Positions 1 to 10,688 of a stretch of DNA of 64,000 nucleotides are shown piece by piece. The notes beneath the pieces were generated by a model that did not search any database, was not told the DNA's origin, and worked only from the letters and a program-made list of their open reading frames with translations. Each line of letters starts with the position of its first letter. Position 1 is the stretch's first letter. A program made the translations under genes and the position numbers. The DNA is from Opitutaceae bacterium (GTDB lineage: Bacteria > Verrucomicrobiota > Verrucomicrobiia > Opitutales > Opitutaceae), in assembly GCA_028280945.1 (NCBI GenBank), contig JANQKV010000030.1:100275-164274 (forward strand), read 5' to 3'.

Positions 1-423
1 GCCGACCTTGGGGGCGACCTTGCCCGCGGCTGGGGCGATCGAGCCAGCGTGGCGCGCGATTACCTGTTTGATGAAACCGTCCAGCTCGGCACCAACCGTG
101 TCGGTCCGGATTTGCGCAACGTGGGTTCGCGATACGAAGATGAAAATGTCTTCTATCAAATTCTCTATGCTCCCGACCAGGCTTTGCCGGGGGCCAACAA
201 ACCCGCCTACCGCTTCCTTTTTGAAGAGACAAAGATTGTGGGTGAGCGCTCAGACCTCGCGCTCAATGTGGCCGTGCCGGAAGGTTACCAAGTTGTGCCC
301 ACCGAACGCGCTCGGTCACTGGTGGCCTACCTGAGCCATCTGCACGACACTTACGAATATCCGGAAACCAAGTTTGTCCCTCCCGCGAAAGAAGAGGAGA
401 CCACCGAGGAGGAGGGCGAATAA
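1..423 (+). CDS. ccoO: cbb3-type cytochrome c oxidase subunit II-like protein, C-terminal part (5' end outside window)
   Basis: Frame open from base 1: ...DLARGWGDRASVARDY...QLGTNRVGPDLRNVGSR, matching the CcoO G.KRTGPDL..VG.R motif; followed by a c-type cytochrome gene. Confidence 0.7.
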   Translation, partial: ADLGGDLARGWGDRASVARDYLFDETVQLGTNRVGPDLRNVGSRYEDENVFYQILYAPDQALPGANKPAYRFLFEETKIVGERSDLALNVAVPEGYQVVPTERARSLVAYLSHLHDTYEYPETKFVPPAKEEETTEEEGE

Positions 424-424
424 A

Positions 425-1093
425 ATGAGTCAGCACGAAAACAATGATTCTCGACGGGAGATGTCGGGAGCTTCTGATCACGACATCCAAACCGTTCATG
501 GCGATATTATCGCCAAGCAGAAGGAGCCCAAGGAGGGCTACCAAATCATGCCGCTGTTCATGCTGGCTTTCGTGTCGACCATGGTGTTCGTCGTGGCCGT
601 CTACTTCATCCACAACCGTGCGGGGCTGGACGAAGGATTGGGACTGGCGACCACCATTCAACACAAGGGCTACAATCCCGATAAGCATGCGGTGGAAGAG
701 GGACCTGTAATCGTGGATCCGATCGCCATGGGCAGGCGCCTTTACAACAACTGCGCGGCCTGTCACCAACCGACGGGCATGGGGCTGCCGGGAGCATTTC
801 CACCTTTGGTGGGAACCGATTGGGTGACCGGTGATGAAGAACGTTTGGTGAAGATTCTGCTCCATGGCCTGCAAGGTCCGATCGAGGTCAATGGCAACAC
901 CTACAACGGGGCCATGCCGGCTTTCGGATCCAGCGGAGCTTTCAACTGGAGTGATGAGCAAATATCCTACGTGCTCACCTACATCCGGCAGGAGTGGGGT
1001 AACGCGGCGGGGCCCATCGTACCCGAACAGGTTGCCGAAGTGCGCGCGGCCACCACGGATCGCACCACCCCCTACACCGTTTCCGAGCTATAA
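425..1093 (+). CDS. membrane-anchored monoheme cytochrome c
   Basis: One TM helix, CAACH heme motif, GAFPPL and YNGAMPAF (Met ligand); ATG at 425 just after the upstream stop. Confidence 0.9.
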   Translation: MSQHENNDSRREMSGASDHDIQTVHGDIIAKQKEPKEGYQIMPLFMLAFVSTMVFVVAVYFIHNRAGLDEGLGLATTIQHKGYNPDKHAVEEGPVIVDPIAMGRRLYNNCAACHQPTGMGLPGAFPPLVGTDWVTGDEERLVKILLHGLQGPIEVNGNTYNGAMPAFGSSGAFNWSDEQISYVLTYIRQEWGNAAGPIVPEQVAEVRAATTDRTTPYTVSEL

Positions 1094-1147
1094 CTGTCAC
1101 CGGAGCTTCTTTTGATTCCCGACCGCCAGCAACAAAGCCGACGGTTT

Positions 1148-1951
1148 TTATTTGCCGGACGCCAACTCTTCCGAACGTGTTTTGGCGGCGGCAACAACTT
1201 CACGCATGGTTGCGCGAAACTCCCTGGCCTTCAAAACCTGCAAACCCGCATAAGTGGTGCCGTTCGGGGAGGTGACTTGGTCGCGGAGCTCTTCCGGTGA
1301 AGCATCCGTGCGGGCCATCAATCGAGCCGACCCCAGCACGGTTTCCACGGCGAGAGTTTCAGCCTCTTCAGGCGTAAGTCCGGCTGCGATGCCTGCGTCG
1401 CGCAAAGCACCGGTAAACTCAAAAACAAAAGCAGGACCGCAACCGCTCACCCCCATCAAAGCATCAATCTTGTTCTCCTGAATCTCCAGCTCCTGCCCGA
1501 TGGCGCCGAGTGTTCCCACCACGATCGATCGATCCGACGCGGAGAGCGGGGTGCGGCTGCACCAGCCGGTGATGCCGGCCCCGATCGCACTCGGAGTGTT
1601 CGGCATCGTGCGGACCAGGTTGCGGGCGTGGGGAAAAACGGCGGCGAGATGATCGATGGTCTTGGCGGCCAAAACGGACAAGACCAGTTTGCCGCGGGTC
1701 AGCGCCATCAGCCGGTGATCCGCCGTGTCGAGGTGTTGGGGCTTGAATGCGATGATCACCAAATCGGCGTCGGTGCAGGCCTGCTCAAGTGTCTCGGCTT
1801 TTTGAATGTGGGTCCGAGCCGCGAGAGCAGCCGCAGTTGTCCCGCTGGCACTGAAACAGACGAGATCGGTGGGCTTGGTCCCGGCGGCGAGCAAACCATC
1901 AACGATGGCTGATGCCATGCGTCCCGCGCCGATGAATGCGATCCTAGGCAT
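1148..1951 (-). CDS. proC: pyrroline-5-carboxylate reductase
   Basis: FIGAGRMA, VRTMPNTP, SPNGTT motifs. Confidence 0.95.
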   Translation of the reverse strand: MPRIAFIGAGRMASAIVDGLLAAGTKPTDLVCFSASGTTAAALAARTHIQKAETLEQACTDADLVIIAFKPQHLDTADHRLMALTRGKLVLSVLAAKTIDHLAAVFPHARNLVRTMPNTPSAIGAGITGWCSRTPLSASDRSIVVGTLGAIGQELEIQENKIDALMGVSGCGPAFVFEFTGALRDAGIAAGLTPEEAETLAVETVLGSARLMARTDASPEELRDQVTSPNGTTYAGLQVLKAREFRATMREVVAAAKTRSEELASGK

Positions 1952-3062
1952 GGCCCTTCACCGGGTTGATCGGGTGTTTGGCGATGGCCACAGTGCCGCC
2001 TCCCGGACGATCCTCCAAAATCAAATCACCGCCCAGGTGGCGCATGGCATGGCGGGCCATGGTCAGCCCCATGCCGACGCCCACCGTGTGTTTGGAACTG
2101 ATGAACGGTTCGAACATGTGATCACGAATGTCGTCCGGAATGCCGCGTCCTTGATCCTCGATGTGGATTTCGATCATCGGGACATCACCTCCGTCAATGA
2201 TCGCCACGGAAAGCCCCACCGTCCGGGTGCCCTCATGCGTTTCCCCGTAGGATTCCCAGGCGTTGTGCAACAGGGCGGCCATGGAGCTTTCAAATACCTC
2301 CACGTGGCTGGCGATTTCCAGGTCACCGGCGGGATTGTCAATAAACACCGCCTCCTGGAGATTGCGTTCCATTTCAAATCGCTGGATGGCGCCTTCGATC
2401 AGTTGGGAGAGGGGAAAACGCTGTGTCGCCAAACGGGTCTTGGTGACCACCAGGTTGAGCTGTTTGATGATGTTGACGATCCGATCGATCGCCTTCTCCA
2501 CGTGCTCGGTGTTCTTGCGCACCGCATCGGGATTCTCCGCCACGGTTTTGATGAGATCGAGATAGCCGATCACCACCCCCAGCAGGTTGTTGAGGTTGTG
2601 GGCGATCCCTTGCGTGACGGCCCCAATCGTGGCGCTGCGGCGGGCCTCGACCAATCGGCGCTGCAGGTCGACCATTTCACGGTTGATGCTGACAAACCGC
2701 AATTGGGTCTGCACCCGGGCCAATGTTTCATCCAGATCGATGGGTTTGGTGATGTAATCAACGGCTCCAACGGCCAGACCCTCTATTTTGCCCTCCTTGG
2801 TGTTTCGCGCCGTGATAAAGATGACCGGAATCGAACGGGTGTCTTCGCGAGCCTGCAGCCGCCGGCAGACCTCGATCCCGTCCATTTCGGGCATCATCAC
2901 ATCGAGCAGAATCAGGTCCGGTTTTTCGGCATTCACCGCGTCAAGCGCTTCCTGTCCGGAATAGGCGGAGATCACCATCATGTTGTGCCGCTCAAGCTTG
3001 CGCTTGAGCAGCTGCACATTGATGAGCTGGTCATCAACAACGAGGATGCGAGGCACGGACAT
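1944..3062 (-). CDS. hybrid response regulator / histidine kinase (REC-HisKA-HATPase)
   Basis: LVVDD...LLDVMMP...KP receiver domain; AHNLNNLL H-box; DQGRGI and GVGMGL G-boxes. Confidence 0.9.
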   Translation of the reverse strand: MSVPRILVVDDQLINVQLLKRKLERHNMMVISAYSGQEALDAVNAEKPDLILLDVMMPEMDGIEVCRRLQAREDTRSIPVIFITARNTKEGKIEGLAVGAVDYITKPIDLDETLARVQTQLRFVSINREMVDLQRRLVEARRSATIGAVTQGIAHNLNNLLGVVIGYLDLIKTVAENPDAVRKNTEHVEKAIDRIVNIIKQLNLVVTKTRLATQRFPLSQLIEGAIQRFEMERNLQEAVFIDNPAGDLEIASHVEVFESSMAALLHNAWESYGETHEGTRTVGLSVAIIDGGDVPMIEIHIEDQGRGIPDDIRDHMFEPFISSKHTVGVGMGLTMARHAMRHLGGDLILEDRPGGGTVAIAKHPINPVKGHA

Positions 3063-3083
3063 GGGCGGTAGTAATGCGCTGCG

Positions 3084-3956
3084 TTAGCTTTGATGCAACC
3101 GATAGGCTTTGACGGTGTTTTTCATCAACATCGCGACGGTCATCGGGCCCACGCCTCCCGGCACGGGCGTGATCTTGGCCGTTTTGGGGCTTACCGCGTC
3201 GAATTCCACGTCGCCAACCAAGCGGTATCCGGATTTTCGAGACGAATCGGGCACCCGGTTGATACCGACGTCGATCACTACGGCACCATCCTTGACCATG
3301 TCGGCGGTCACGAATCCGGCCCGGCCGATTGCCGCGATCAACACGTCGGCCTGACGGGTGATGGCCGGCAGATCGCTGGTCGCGGAATGGCAGATCGTGA
3401 CCGTGCCGTTGGCGCCGGCTTTCTTTTGCAGGGCGAGTAAAGCGACAGGTTTTCCCACAATCAATGACCGGCCCACGACCACGACATGCTTGCCGCGTAA
3501 ATCCACTTCGCTTCTTGCCAGCATCTCCATGATGCCTGCCGGCGTGCAGGACGCGAACCCGGTGTCGTCCTCCTGCGCGAGTTTCCCGATATTGACGGTG
3601 TGAAATCCATCCACGTCTTTCGCGGGCGAAACTCGCCGGAAGATCGCGAGTTCATCGAGGTCGCCGGGCAGGGGGGACTGGACCAAAATACCATCCACCC
3701 CGTCGTCAGCGTTTAAATCGTCGATCAGTGTCTCCAGCTCGCTTTGCGTGATCGTTTCGGGAGGCAGAATGATGCGGCTCTCCACCCCGATCTCAGCAGC
3801 GGTCTTCTCTTTCTTCTTCACATACGACACTGACGCCGGATCGTCGCCCACCCGGACCAAGGCCAGGCAGGGTTTGCGACCGGAAAACGAAGCAACCTCC
3901 GTTTTCAATTCATCGATAATATCGGCAGCTATCTGATTTCCGCTGATGAGTTCCAT
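3084..3956 (-). CDS. folD: bifunctional methylene-THF dehydrogenase/cyclohydrolase
   Basis: [28 protein letters not shown]; start taken at MELISGNQ. Confidence 0.95.
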   Translation of the reverse strand: MELISGNQIAADIIDELKTEVASFSGRKPCLALVRVGDDPASVSYVKKKEKTAAEIGVESRIILPPETITQSELETLIDDLNADDGVDGILVQSPLPGDLDELAIFRRVSPAKDVDGFHTVNIGKLAQEDDTGFASCTPAGIMEMLARSEVDLRGKHVVVVGRSLIVGKPVALLALQKKAGANGTVTICHSATSDLPAITRQADVLIAAIGRAGFVTADMVKDGAVVIDVGINRVPDSSRKSGYRLVGDVEFDAVSPKTAKITPVPGGVGPMTVAMLMKNTVKAYRLHQS

Positions 3957-3972
3957 GGTGGTGAGGGAAGGC

Positions 3973-4773
3973 TTATCGGAGTTGGAGCGATTCGACCGTA
4001 ATGACGATGTCCTTGGTGTCGGGAATGGGCCGGGCGACACCGTAGACGACAACGTCACGATTCAAATAGTTTTCCACGGGGGTTCGGAGTAGAATCCGGG
4101 ACAGGTTCAAGTAAGCAAAGCGGGTGCCGTCCGCGGTTTCCAAGGCAAAGTCATACGGTCGACGGGGACGCAGCGGCACGCGGGTCGAAGACAGCACGCC
4201 TTCAAAAAGTCGAGGCAAGTCAGCGAGACTCTCGCGTTCCTCGGCCGTGCGATCAACCGGTTCTCCGGCGGTGGGACTGGGGGGAAGGGCGGGCGTGGTG
4301 GTGGTGGAGACGTCTTGGACCGGGGTGGAGGTCACGAGCGGCGCGGTCGTGCCGCTGGCTGCGGCGGGGGCACCAAAAATGTAGCCCGTCACGGGTTGGT
4401 CCAGCGAGAGCTGGGTCCACCGTCCCCGCAGCCCCGTGATCTCGTATTTGTCGTCGACGGCCGCGTTGGTGAGAACCGGCGAATCGGCATTCGCTTCCGT
4501 ATGCAACGGCGAGCCGGGTTTCACATCCAGATCCTTGGTGATGTATTTGTTGTTTACGAACACCTCGTGCGGGCCGGGCACGCTGACCGCACTCCAGCCC
4601 GCCGGAACGCCGCGAATGGGGGCGGGCTCAGGTAAGCGCTCACCCGCCTTGACCAACACGATCACCGCCGAGCCCGAATCCGGGCGCGTGTGCACGGTCG
4701 TGGCACGGGTGGCAATCTCCGCCTGGGCGAGAAAGGTGGAGAACAGGAGCAAGCAAACGATTCTAGCGATCAT
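3973..4773 (-). CDS. secreted hypothetical protein with two SH3b-like segments and a Pro/Thr linker
   Basis: Signal peptide ([11 protein letters not shown]); two HT.P/A.S.S.V...GW-type segments; domain call by pattern only. Confidence 0.6.
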   Translation of the reverse strand: MIARIVCLLLFSTFLAQAEIATRATTVHTRPDSGSAVIVLVKAGERLPEPAPIRGVPAGWSAVSVPGPHEVFVNNKYITKDLDVKPGSPLHTEANADSPVLTNAAVDDKYEITGLRGRWTQLSLDQPVTGYIFGAPAAASGTTAPLVTSTPVQDVSTTTTPALPPSPTAGEPVDRTAEERESLADLPRLFEGVLSSTRVPLRPRRPYDFALETADGTRFAYLNLSRILLRTPVENYLNRDVVVYGVARPIPDTKDIVITVESLQLR

Positions 4774-5560
4774 GGCGGGGAAGGGTTGGCTTTATGACGA
4801 TGGCGTCATGATCCGGTCGAGGAGCGGTCGGATTCTGGAAAAGACGGGCGATGTCTTTGTTAGAAAGCTGCTTCACGGCGCGCAATGGGATTCCCCGCAA
4901 AGGGAAGCCCCCGATTTGATAGCGCCGCAGTTTTTTGACGGGGTGTCCGAGAGCGAGAAAGAGTTGGCGAATCTCCCGCTTCTTGCCGTGGTGCATCCAC
5001 ACATCCATTTCGACGGCGGCATCATTGCGGGGACGGATCAGGGAGGCGCGCTCGACACGATACCAATCGTCCTCGATTTTCACCCCCCTGATCAACCGTT
5101 GGAGACGGGACCGGGGGTAGGGCTCTTCCAAGCGGACATAATAGCGTTTCACTACCACATTGCGAGGATGCATCAGCCGATTGGCCAGGTCACCGTCGGT
5201 GGTGAGGATCACCAGTCCCTCGGAATCCTTGTCGAGCCGGCCAGCGCAGAAAAAGCGGCGATGGGCCAATTGAGGGGGGAGCAGGTCAAACACCGTGCCG
5301 GGATTGTGCGGATCATCGTTGGAGCAAACCAAACCGCGCGGTTTGTGCACCGCAACCGTGAGGGGGGCGGCCCGGGGAAGACGGATGCGCCGGCCTTCGA
5401 CCTTCACCTCGTCAAACCCGGGCACAACCTTTTGGCCGATTTGGGCAACTTGGCCGTTTACCGTGATTTCCCCTGCCGCGATCAACGCTTCGGCGGCTCG
5501 ACGAGAGCACACCCCGGCCTCAGCGATGAATTTTTGCAGGCGAACTTCCTCGGGCTTCAC
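4763..5560 (-). CDS. pseudouridine synthase, RsuA/RluB family
   Basis: RLQKFIAEAGVCSRR S4 domain, HKPRG, GRLDKDSEGL catalytic motif; GTG start at 5560 preferred over TTG 5581. Confidence 0.9.
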   Translation of the reverse strand: MKPEEVRLQKFIAEAGVCSRRAAEALIAAGEITVNGQVAQIGQKVVPGFDEVKVEGRRIRLPRAAPLTVAVHKPRGLVCSNDDPHNPGTVFDLLPPQLAHRRFFCAGRLDKDSEGLVILTTDGDLANRLMHPRNVVVKRYYVRLEEPYPRSRLQRLIRGVKIEDDWYRVERASLIRPRNDAAVEMDVWMHHGKKREIRQLFLALGHPVKKLRRYQIGGFPLRGIPLRAVKQLSNKDIARLFQNPTAPRPDHDAIVIKPTLPRHDR

Positions 5561-5684
5561 AGAGGGGCGAGTTGGTTGCAATTCGTGCCTTGAGGCAAGC
5601 GAGCATCGGCGGATTTGTTGGTTTCACCAGTCCACAAACTAAGGCTTGCCCCCGGGCCCGCCGGCCTTGCTCAATCGGGCACAC

Positions 5685-6857
5685 ATGTCCGCATCCAACG
5701 AAGCCTCTCCTTACTCGAAGACGAATCCCTATCCCGCCCGGATCTCGGAGAACCGGCTCCTTAACGCCGAGGGCTCCGCCAAGGAAACCCGCCATTTCGT
5801 GGTGGATATCGCCGGCAGTGGGCTTTCCTATACCGTGGGCGATTCACTGGGGGTGTTTCCGACCAATCGGGTGGAGGAAGTCGAGGAGTTGTTGCGGGCG
5901 GTGGGAGCCAGCGGCGACGAGTTGGTTTCACCCGCCATGCTCAAGCTTGAGCAACCGATTTCCCTGCGCGAGGCCTGGACCAGTCGCCTGGCCCTGGCCG
6001 GACCGACTCCCAAGCTCCTCAAAGCCGTGGCGGAAAAGGCCACCGATGAGGTGGAGCAGGCTCAGTTGGCCGACTTGCTGAAGCCGGAGAACAAAGACGC
6101 GCTCAAGCCGTGGCTCGAAGAGCGGCACTACATCGACATTCTGCAAGAGTTCCCCAGCGCCAAGTTTACCCCGCAGGAGCTGGTCGACCTGCAACGTAAA
6201 TTGATGCCCCGGCTCTACTCCATTGCCTCCTCCCCAAGCGTGTCGCCCGAAGACGTGCACCTCACCGTCGCCATCGTGCGCTATGAGACCAATGGCCGTG
6301 ATCGTGTTGGCGTGGCCTCGTCGTTCTTGGCCGACCGGGTCAACGTCAACGAGACGCCGGTGCCGGTTTTTGTTTCCAATTCCCACTTCGGCCTGCCGGA
6401 AGACCATGCGGACAAAGACATCATCATGGTCGGTCCGGGCACGGGCATCGCTCCGTTTCGGGCGTTCGTGCAAGAGCGCGCCGGCCAGCCCGGCGAGGGA
6501 CGCAACTGGGTGTTTTTTGGCGACCAGCATGAAGCCACCGATTTTCTATATGGCGACGAGTGGAGGGACTATCTCGCCAACGGAGATGTCGACCGGCTCG
6601 ACCTCGCGTGGTCCCGTGACCAAGCCGAAAAGGTTTATGTGCAGGACAAGATGCGCAAGGCCGGGGCTGAGATGTGGTCGTGGCTGCAGGGTGGTGCCAT
6701 TTTCTACGTGTGCGGTGACGCCAAGCGCATGGCCAAGGACGTGGACCGGGCGTTGCATGACATCGCCGCGGAGCACGGTAACATGTCCGAAGATGAAGCC
6801 GTGGCCTTCGTGAAACAGCTCAAGAAGGACAAGCGCTACCAGCGTGACGTTTACTGA
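5685..6857 (+). CDS. CysJ-like FAD/NADPH oxidoreductase lacking the flavodoxin domain
   Basis: RLYSIASS, GVASSFL, MVGPGTGIAPFR, YVCGDA, RYQRDVY; no N-terminal FMN-binding domain. Confidence 0.85.
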   Translation: MSASNEASPYSKTNPYPARISENRLLNAEGSAKETRHFVVDIAGSGLSYTVGDSLGVFPTNRVEEVEELLRAVGASGDELVSPAMLKLEQPISLREAWTSRLALAGPTPKLLKAVAEKATDEVEQAQLADLLKPENKDALKPWLEERHYIDILQEFPSAKFTPQELVDLQRKLMPRLYSIASSPSVSPEDVHLTVAIVRYETNGRDRVGVASSFLADRVNVNETPVPVFVSNSHFGLPEDHADKDIIMVGPGTGIAPFRAFVQERAGQPGEGRNWVFFGDQHEATDFLYGDEWRDYLANGDVDRLDLAWSRDQAEKVYVQDKMRKAGAEMWSWLQGGAIFYVCGDAKRMAKDVDRALHDIAAEHGNMSEDEAVAFVKQLKKDKRYQRDVY

Positions 6858-6889
6858 GCAGTCCCGGTTCCGCCATCCACTCAACCCGA

Positions 6890-8815
6890 TCAGCTGGAGG
6901 CCTTGAGGAAGGCCCCGCCCATCACGAACAGGATGGCGGCGAGCGTCAGGTAGGCAAAGGCGTTGGCGCCGCCGTAGAGGGCAAGAAAAACCAGCGGCAC
7001 GACGGCCAGGCCGACGGCGCTCCACCCGATGATGCGATTGGGGCGGCCCTCCTCAAGGTTTTCGCCGACCTCGGTTGCGACGTCGACCGGGCGCGCGATG
7101 CGTTTGTAGAAATCGGCGGTGCGTTCGGGCAAAGCAGTGATGTCGCGGCCGTAGACCGGCGTGAAGAGAAAGCTCAGCACCGCGATCCCCACCGAGGTGA
7201 TGCCGAGCCAGAGTGCGGTCGCCTCGCTCCCGATGATGCGCGGTACCCAGTTTCCGGTCATGTCATGGGTGGAGACCATGCCCAGGCATAAGAACACCAC
7301 GCCGCCTATCGCCGCACAGCCCAATGCCGCGTGAAGGCGACTCTGATTGTGCAGACTGCCTAGCCAACGTGAGAGCATCAGGACGCCAAAGGTGGTCAGC
7401 ACAACGGCGATGTATTGCGGGCCCAGTTCCCAATTAAAATCGAAGCGCGTGAGTGCGGCCACGGCGATGCCGCTGAGAATCGAGGGGATGGCCGCCCAGG
7501 TGGACGGGATCTTGGTGATGACACCAACAAGCAGTGGCACGCTCACCGGGATGCCGACCAGACCCAGCACAATGTTGGCAAAGGTAAAGAGACCCCACGT
7601 GCTGTTGACGATGATGATCGCCATGGCGATGGCGGCCAGGGCGAGGCAGACCACCACGATGCGGCCGACCCACAACAGCTCCTTTTGAGAAGCATCCTTT
7701 CGGAAGTGGCCCTTGTAGAGATCGATCGAGATGATGGAGGAGAGGGTGTTCCACACGCTATCCAGAGCGGACATCGAGGCGGCGATCATGGCGGCGATGA
7801 ACAGTCCCACAATGCCCGCGGGCAGGTAGTGCACGACAACGGCGATGAAGATGGATTCCTCGGGTTTGGAACTGCCGGCGAAGGCCACGAGTTGGCTGAT
7901 TTCCGGCCAGAGGAATTTGCCGACCAAGGGCGGGAGACCAAAAAGAAAGGGTGACATGGCGTAGAGCGCGATGGTCATCCAACCGGTGCGCTTGGCTGCC
8001 TTTTCATCCTTCACCAGGAAAAAGCGCTGAGCCTTGTCGCCCACCGCGTTGCCAAAAATGGCATGAGCGACGAGTCCGATAAAATAAAGGGGCGTGTAAT
8101 ACGCCCCGTTGGGCAGGGTATGTTCCCAGGTCAAGGGCGGCAGACCCGCCACCAGCTGCGCCGGGCTTATGGGGGCGGCGCCAAAAAAGACCACCAGAAG
8201 CAGGACCACGCAGACCGAGAGCAGCACAATGAACTGCAACACATCGGTCATGCTCACCGCCCAGATGCCGCCGGCCACGGAGTAGAGCAAAACGAAGAAG
8301 CCAAAGAAGATGATCAATCCGTCGACTGCCCAGGGCACATCCGGGAAAAGGGCGGGTGCGGAGATGCGGGCGACAGCGGCCAGGTGTTGTCCCGGCCAAT
8401 ATAGCATGCTCACCAGCAGGACCCCGCCAATGACGAGGCGCGTGGTGTGGTTGTAGCGTTCCTCCACGTATTCAACCGGTGATGACAGGCGGGCGCGCCG
8501 CCACTTTACAGCGGAGAGCAGGAAGCCGATCACAAAACCCAGCGGGTTGGCCACGAAGAACAGGATGCCGAACCAACTCGTGTTGTAGACGAAACTGGCG
8601 GCACCGGTGAACATCCAGGCCGAGAAAGTCGACATGTAGAGTGACACGCCTGCCGCCCACCAGGGGATGCGATTGCCTCCAACAAAGAAGTCTTTGCCCG
8701 ACTTGTTGTTCTTGGTGAAGAGAAAGCCGGCGCCGAAGACGGCGATGAGATACAGCGCCACCACAAAATAATCGGACAGGTCGAGGCCGGAGAAGCTGGG
8801 TTCGGGAGTTTGCAA
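6890..8815 (-). CDS. sodium:solute symporter family protein
   Basis: DFFVGGNRIPWW...SLYMSTFSA; many TM helices; AAMIAASMSALDS; start (TTG) uncertain. Confidence 0.9.
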   Translation of the reverse strand: MQTPEPSFSGLDLSDYFVVALYLIAVFGAGFLFTKNNKSGKDFFVGGNRIPWWAAGVSLYMSTFSAWMFTGAASFVYNTSWFGILFFVANPLGFVIGFLLSAVKWRRARLSSPVEYVEERYNHTTRLVIGGVLLVSMLYWPGQHLAAVARISAPALFPDVPWAVDGLIIFFGFFVLLYSVAGGIWAVSMTDVLQFIVLLSVCVVLLLVVFFGAAPISPAQLVAGLPPLTWEHTLPNGAYYTPLYFIGLVAHAIFGNAVGDKAQRFFLVKDEKAAKRTGWMTIALYAMSPFLFGLPPLVGKFLWPEISQLVAFAGSSKPEESIFIAVVVHYLPAGIVGLFIAAMIAASMSALDSVWNTLSSIISIDLYKGHFRKDASQKELLWVGRIVVVCLALAAIAMAIIIVNSTWGLFTFANIVLGLVGIPVSVPLLVGVITKIPSTWAAIPSILSGIAVAALTRFDFNWELGPQYIAVVLTTFGVLMLSRWLGSLHNQSRLHAALGCAAIGGVVFLCLGMVSTHDMTGNWVPRIIGSEATALWLGITSVGIAVLSFLFTPVYGRDITALPERTADFYKRIARPVDVATEVGENLEEGRPNRIIGWSAVGLAVVPLVFLALYGGANAFAYLTLAAILFVMGGAFLKASS

Positions 8816-8921
8816 AACGGATGGGGATCTGAGGAGGAGGAAAGGGATTCGATCTCGCGAACAGCAGGCACGAAGATCTAGGAGTGGAGAGACTCAAGAC
8901 GGTTCGGACTGAAAAATCTGC

Positions 8922-9872
8922 ATGAATATTTCTGAAAAATTCCCCGAGAATTGGTCGTTCGTTTACGTTGCGGACATTCACGTCGGATCACCGCGGTCAT
9001 ATCGTTATCAGCCATCGTGGAACGAGAACTGGCAAACCGCCCGCCGACAGATAGTTGATTTGGCACCGGATCTTTTGTTGGTGGGAGGCGATCTCACTCG
9101 GGATGGCGCGACGCACACCGAGGAGCTTCAGTCCATCAAAACCGACTTGAGCAACCTGCCGATGGAATCGCTGGTGATTCCAGGCAACCATGAGGTGGGC
9201 AACAAGTGGTCGGCCACCTCACCGGTCGCCATTAACTCTCGCTACCTTGAGCATTACCGCTCTGTCTTTGGTCCCAGCGAATGGACCGCGCTTCGTGGTG
9301 AAGGCCTCAATCGCGTCCGGTTCACTGGCATCGATGCGTTTAAGCTGGGCAGCGGATTGCCGGAGGAGGCAGACCTGAAACGATGGTTGGAGGCCCTCAG
9401 GCCGGAGCCGGATTGCCCCCACCACGTGTGGATCATTCATCCGGCTCTGTTTGCCGATCACTTCGATGAGAATGACTACGACCCGGCCGATGATCGGGTT
9501 GCGTGGTATTTTGGACTCAACCGGGGGGACCGCCTCTACCTTTGGGAAATCATGAAATCGCTCGGCGTGACCCATGTGGTCAGTGGCCACATCCACTGTC
9601 GACGGGTCGTGGAGGTGGATGGGGTGCAGATTCACCTCGCCCCGGCCACGGCGTTTCCCCAATGGGGCGACCGCTGGCCCGATGGTGATGATACTTTGGG
9701 TTTTCTGCGGTTTGAGGTGGCCGATGGCCGGATAGGTTCGGAGTTCGTGCCTTTGGACCGGCGATCTAGCTTGGTGGGCTATGGCCCGGGCGGCAACCCG
9801 CCGGTCAAAGGCCGGGACTATTCCGTGGCCTGGGAGCAACCGCCGCTAAAACCGGTTGTGGATGACGGGTGA
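8922..9872 (+). CDS. calcineurin-like metallophosphoesterase
   Basis: ADIH, GGDL, PGNHE, SGHIH motifs. Confidence 0.85.
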   Translation: MNISEKFPENWSFVYVADIHVGSPRSYRYQPSWNENWQTARRQIVDLAPDLLLVGGDLTRDGATHTEELQSIKTDLSNLPMESLVIPGNHEVGNKWSATSPVAINSRYLEHYRSVFGPSEWTALRGEGLNRVRFTGIDAFKLGSGLPEEADLKRWLEALRPEPDCPHHVWIIHPALFADHFDENDYDPADDRVAWYFGLNRGDRLYLWEIMKSLGVTHVVSGHIHCRRVVEVDGVQIHLAPATAFPQWGDRWPDGDDTLGFLRFEVADGRIGSEFVPLDRRSSLVGYGPGGNPPVKGRDYSVAWEQPPLKPVVDDG

Positions 9873-9918
9873 TTTTTCCCTCGCCCCTGCTCCGGGATGT
9901 TTCGCACCTTGTCGGCTT

Positions 9919-10659
9919 ATGACGTTTAATGATCGCACTGCACTCGTGACCGGAGCTGGGCGTGGCATCGGCAAAGCCATCGCGGAGAACCTTGCAGCCA
10001 AGGGCGTGAAGCTCATCTGCGTTTCCAAAAACCCCGACAGTTGTGGTGCTGTGGCTGATGCGATCACGGCGGCAGGTGGTTCGGCGGTGGCACGGGCGAT
10101 TGACGTGTCCGATGGCCCGGCGGTCGAGGCTGCCGCGGCCGACCTGCTCAAGGAATTCAAGCAGATCGATATTCTCATCAACAATGCCGGCATCACCCGC
10201 GACGGGCTGCTCGCCCGCATGTCCGAGGAGGACTGGAACTCCGTGATTCAAACCAATCTGTCCAGCGCCTTCCATTGGACCAAGGCCATCGGCTGGCCCA
10301 TGTGCCGCAACCGTTGGGGCAGGGTGGTTAACATTTCTTCAGTGTCCGGGATCATGGGCAATGCCGGCCAAGCCAACTATTCCGCAGCGAAGGCCGGCTT
10401 GATCGGATTCACCAAGACCGTGGCGAAGGAGTTTGCCCGCCGCAATGTCACCGCCAACGTCGTTGCTCCGGGCTTCATCCAGACCGACATGACGGCCGAG
10501 CTGAACGAAGAGGTTCAGAAAGCGGTCACCGAGTTCATCCCCATGCGTCGCTTCGGTCAGGTTGACGATATCGCCCATGCGACTTCTTTCCTCTGCTCCG
10601 AAGAAGCATCCTATATCACCGGTCAGGTTTTTACCATTGACGGCGGTATGGCGATGTGA
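9919..10659 (+). CDS. fabG: 3-oxoacyl-ACP reductase
   Basis: TGAGRGIG, NNAG, YSAAK; upstream of acpP and fabF. Confidence 0.95.
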   Translation: MTFNDRTALVTGAGRGIGKAIAENLAAKGVKLICVSKNPDSCGAVADAITAAGGSAVARAIDVSDGPAVEAAAADLLKEFKQIDILINNAGITRDGLLARMSEEDWNSVIQTNLSSAFHWTKAIGWPMCRNRWGRVVNISSVSGIMGNAGQANYSAAKAGLIGFTKTVAKEFARRNVTANVVAPGFIQTDMTAELNEEVQKAVTEFIPMRRFGQVDDIAHATSFLCSEEASYITGQVFTIDGGMAM

Positions 10660-10688
10660 AGCCTCCTCACTTTTAGTAGAACCTCCAC

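Noticed and set aside
1806-3071. Long alternative-frame and antisense ORFs, e.g. 1806-3071, 16141-17553, 18772-20013, 30961-32016, 35769-36743, 48882-50003, 53664-55022
   Set aside because: They are shadows of well-supported genes on the opposite strand, expected in high-GC DNA, and carry no family motifs.
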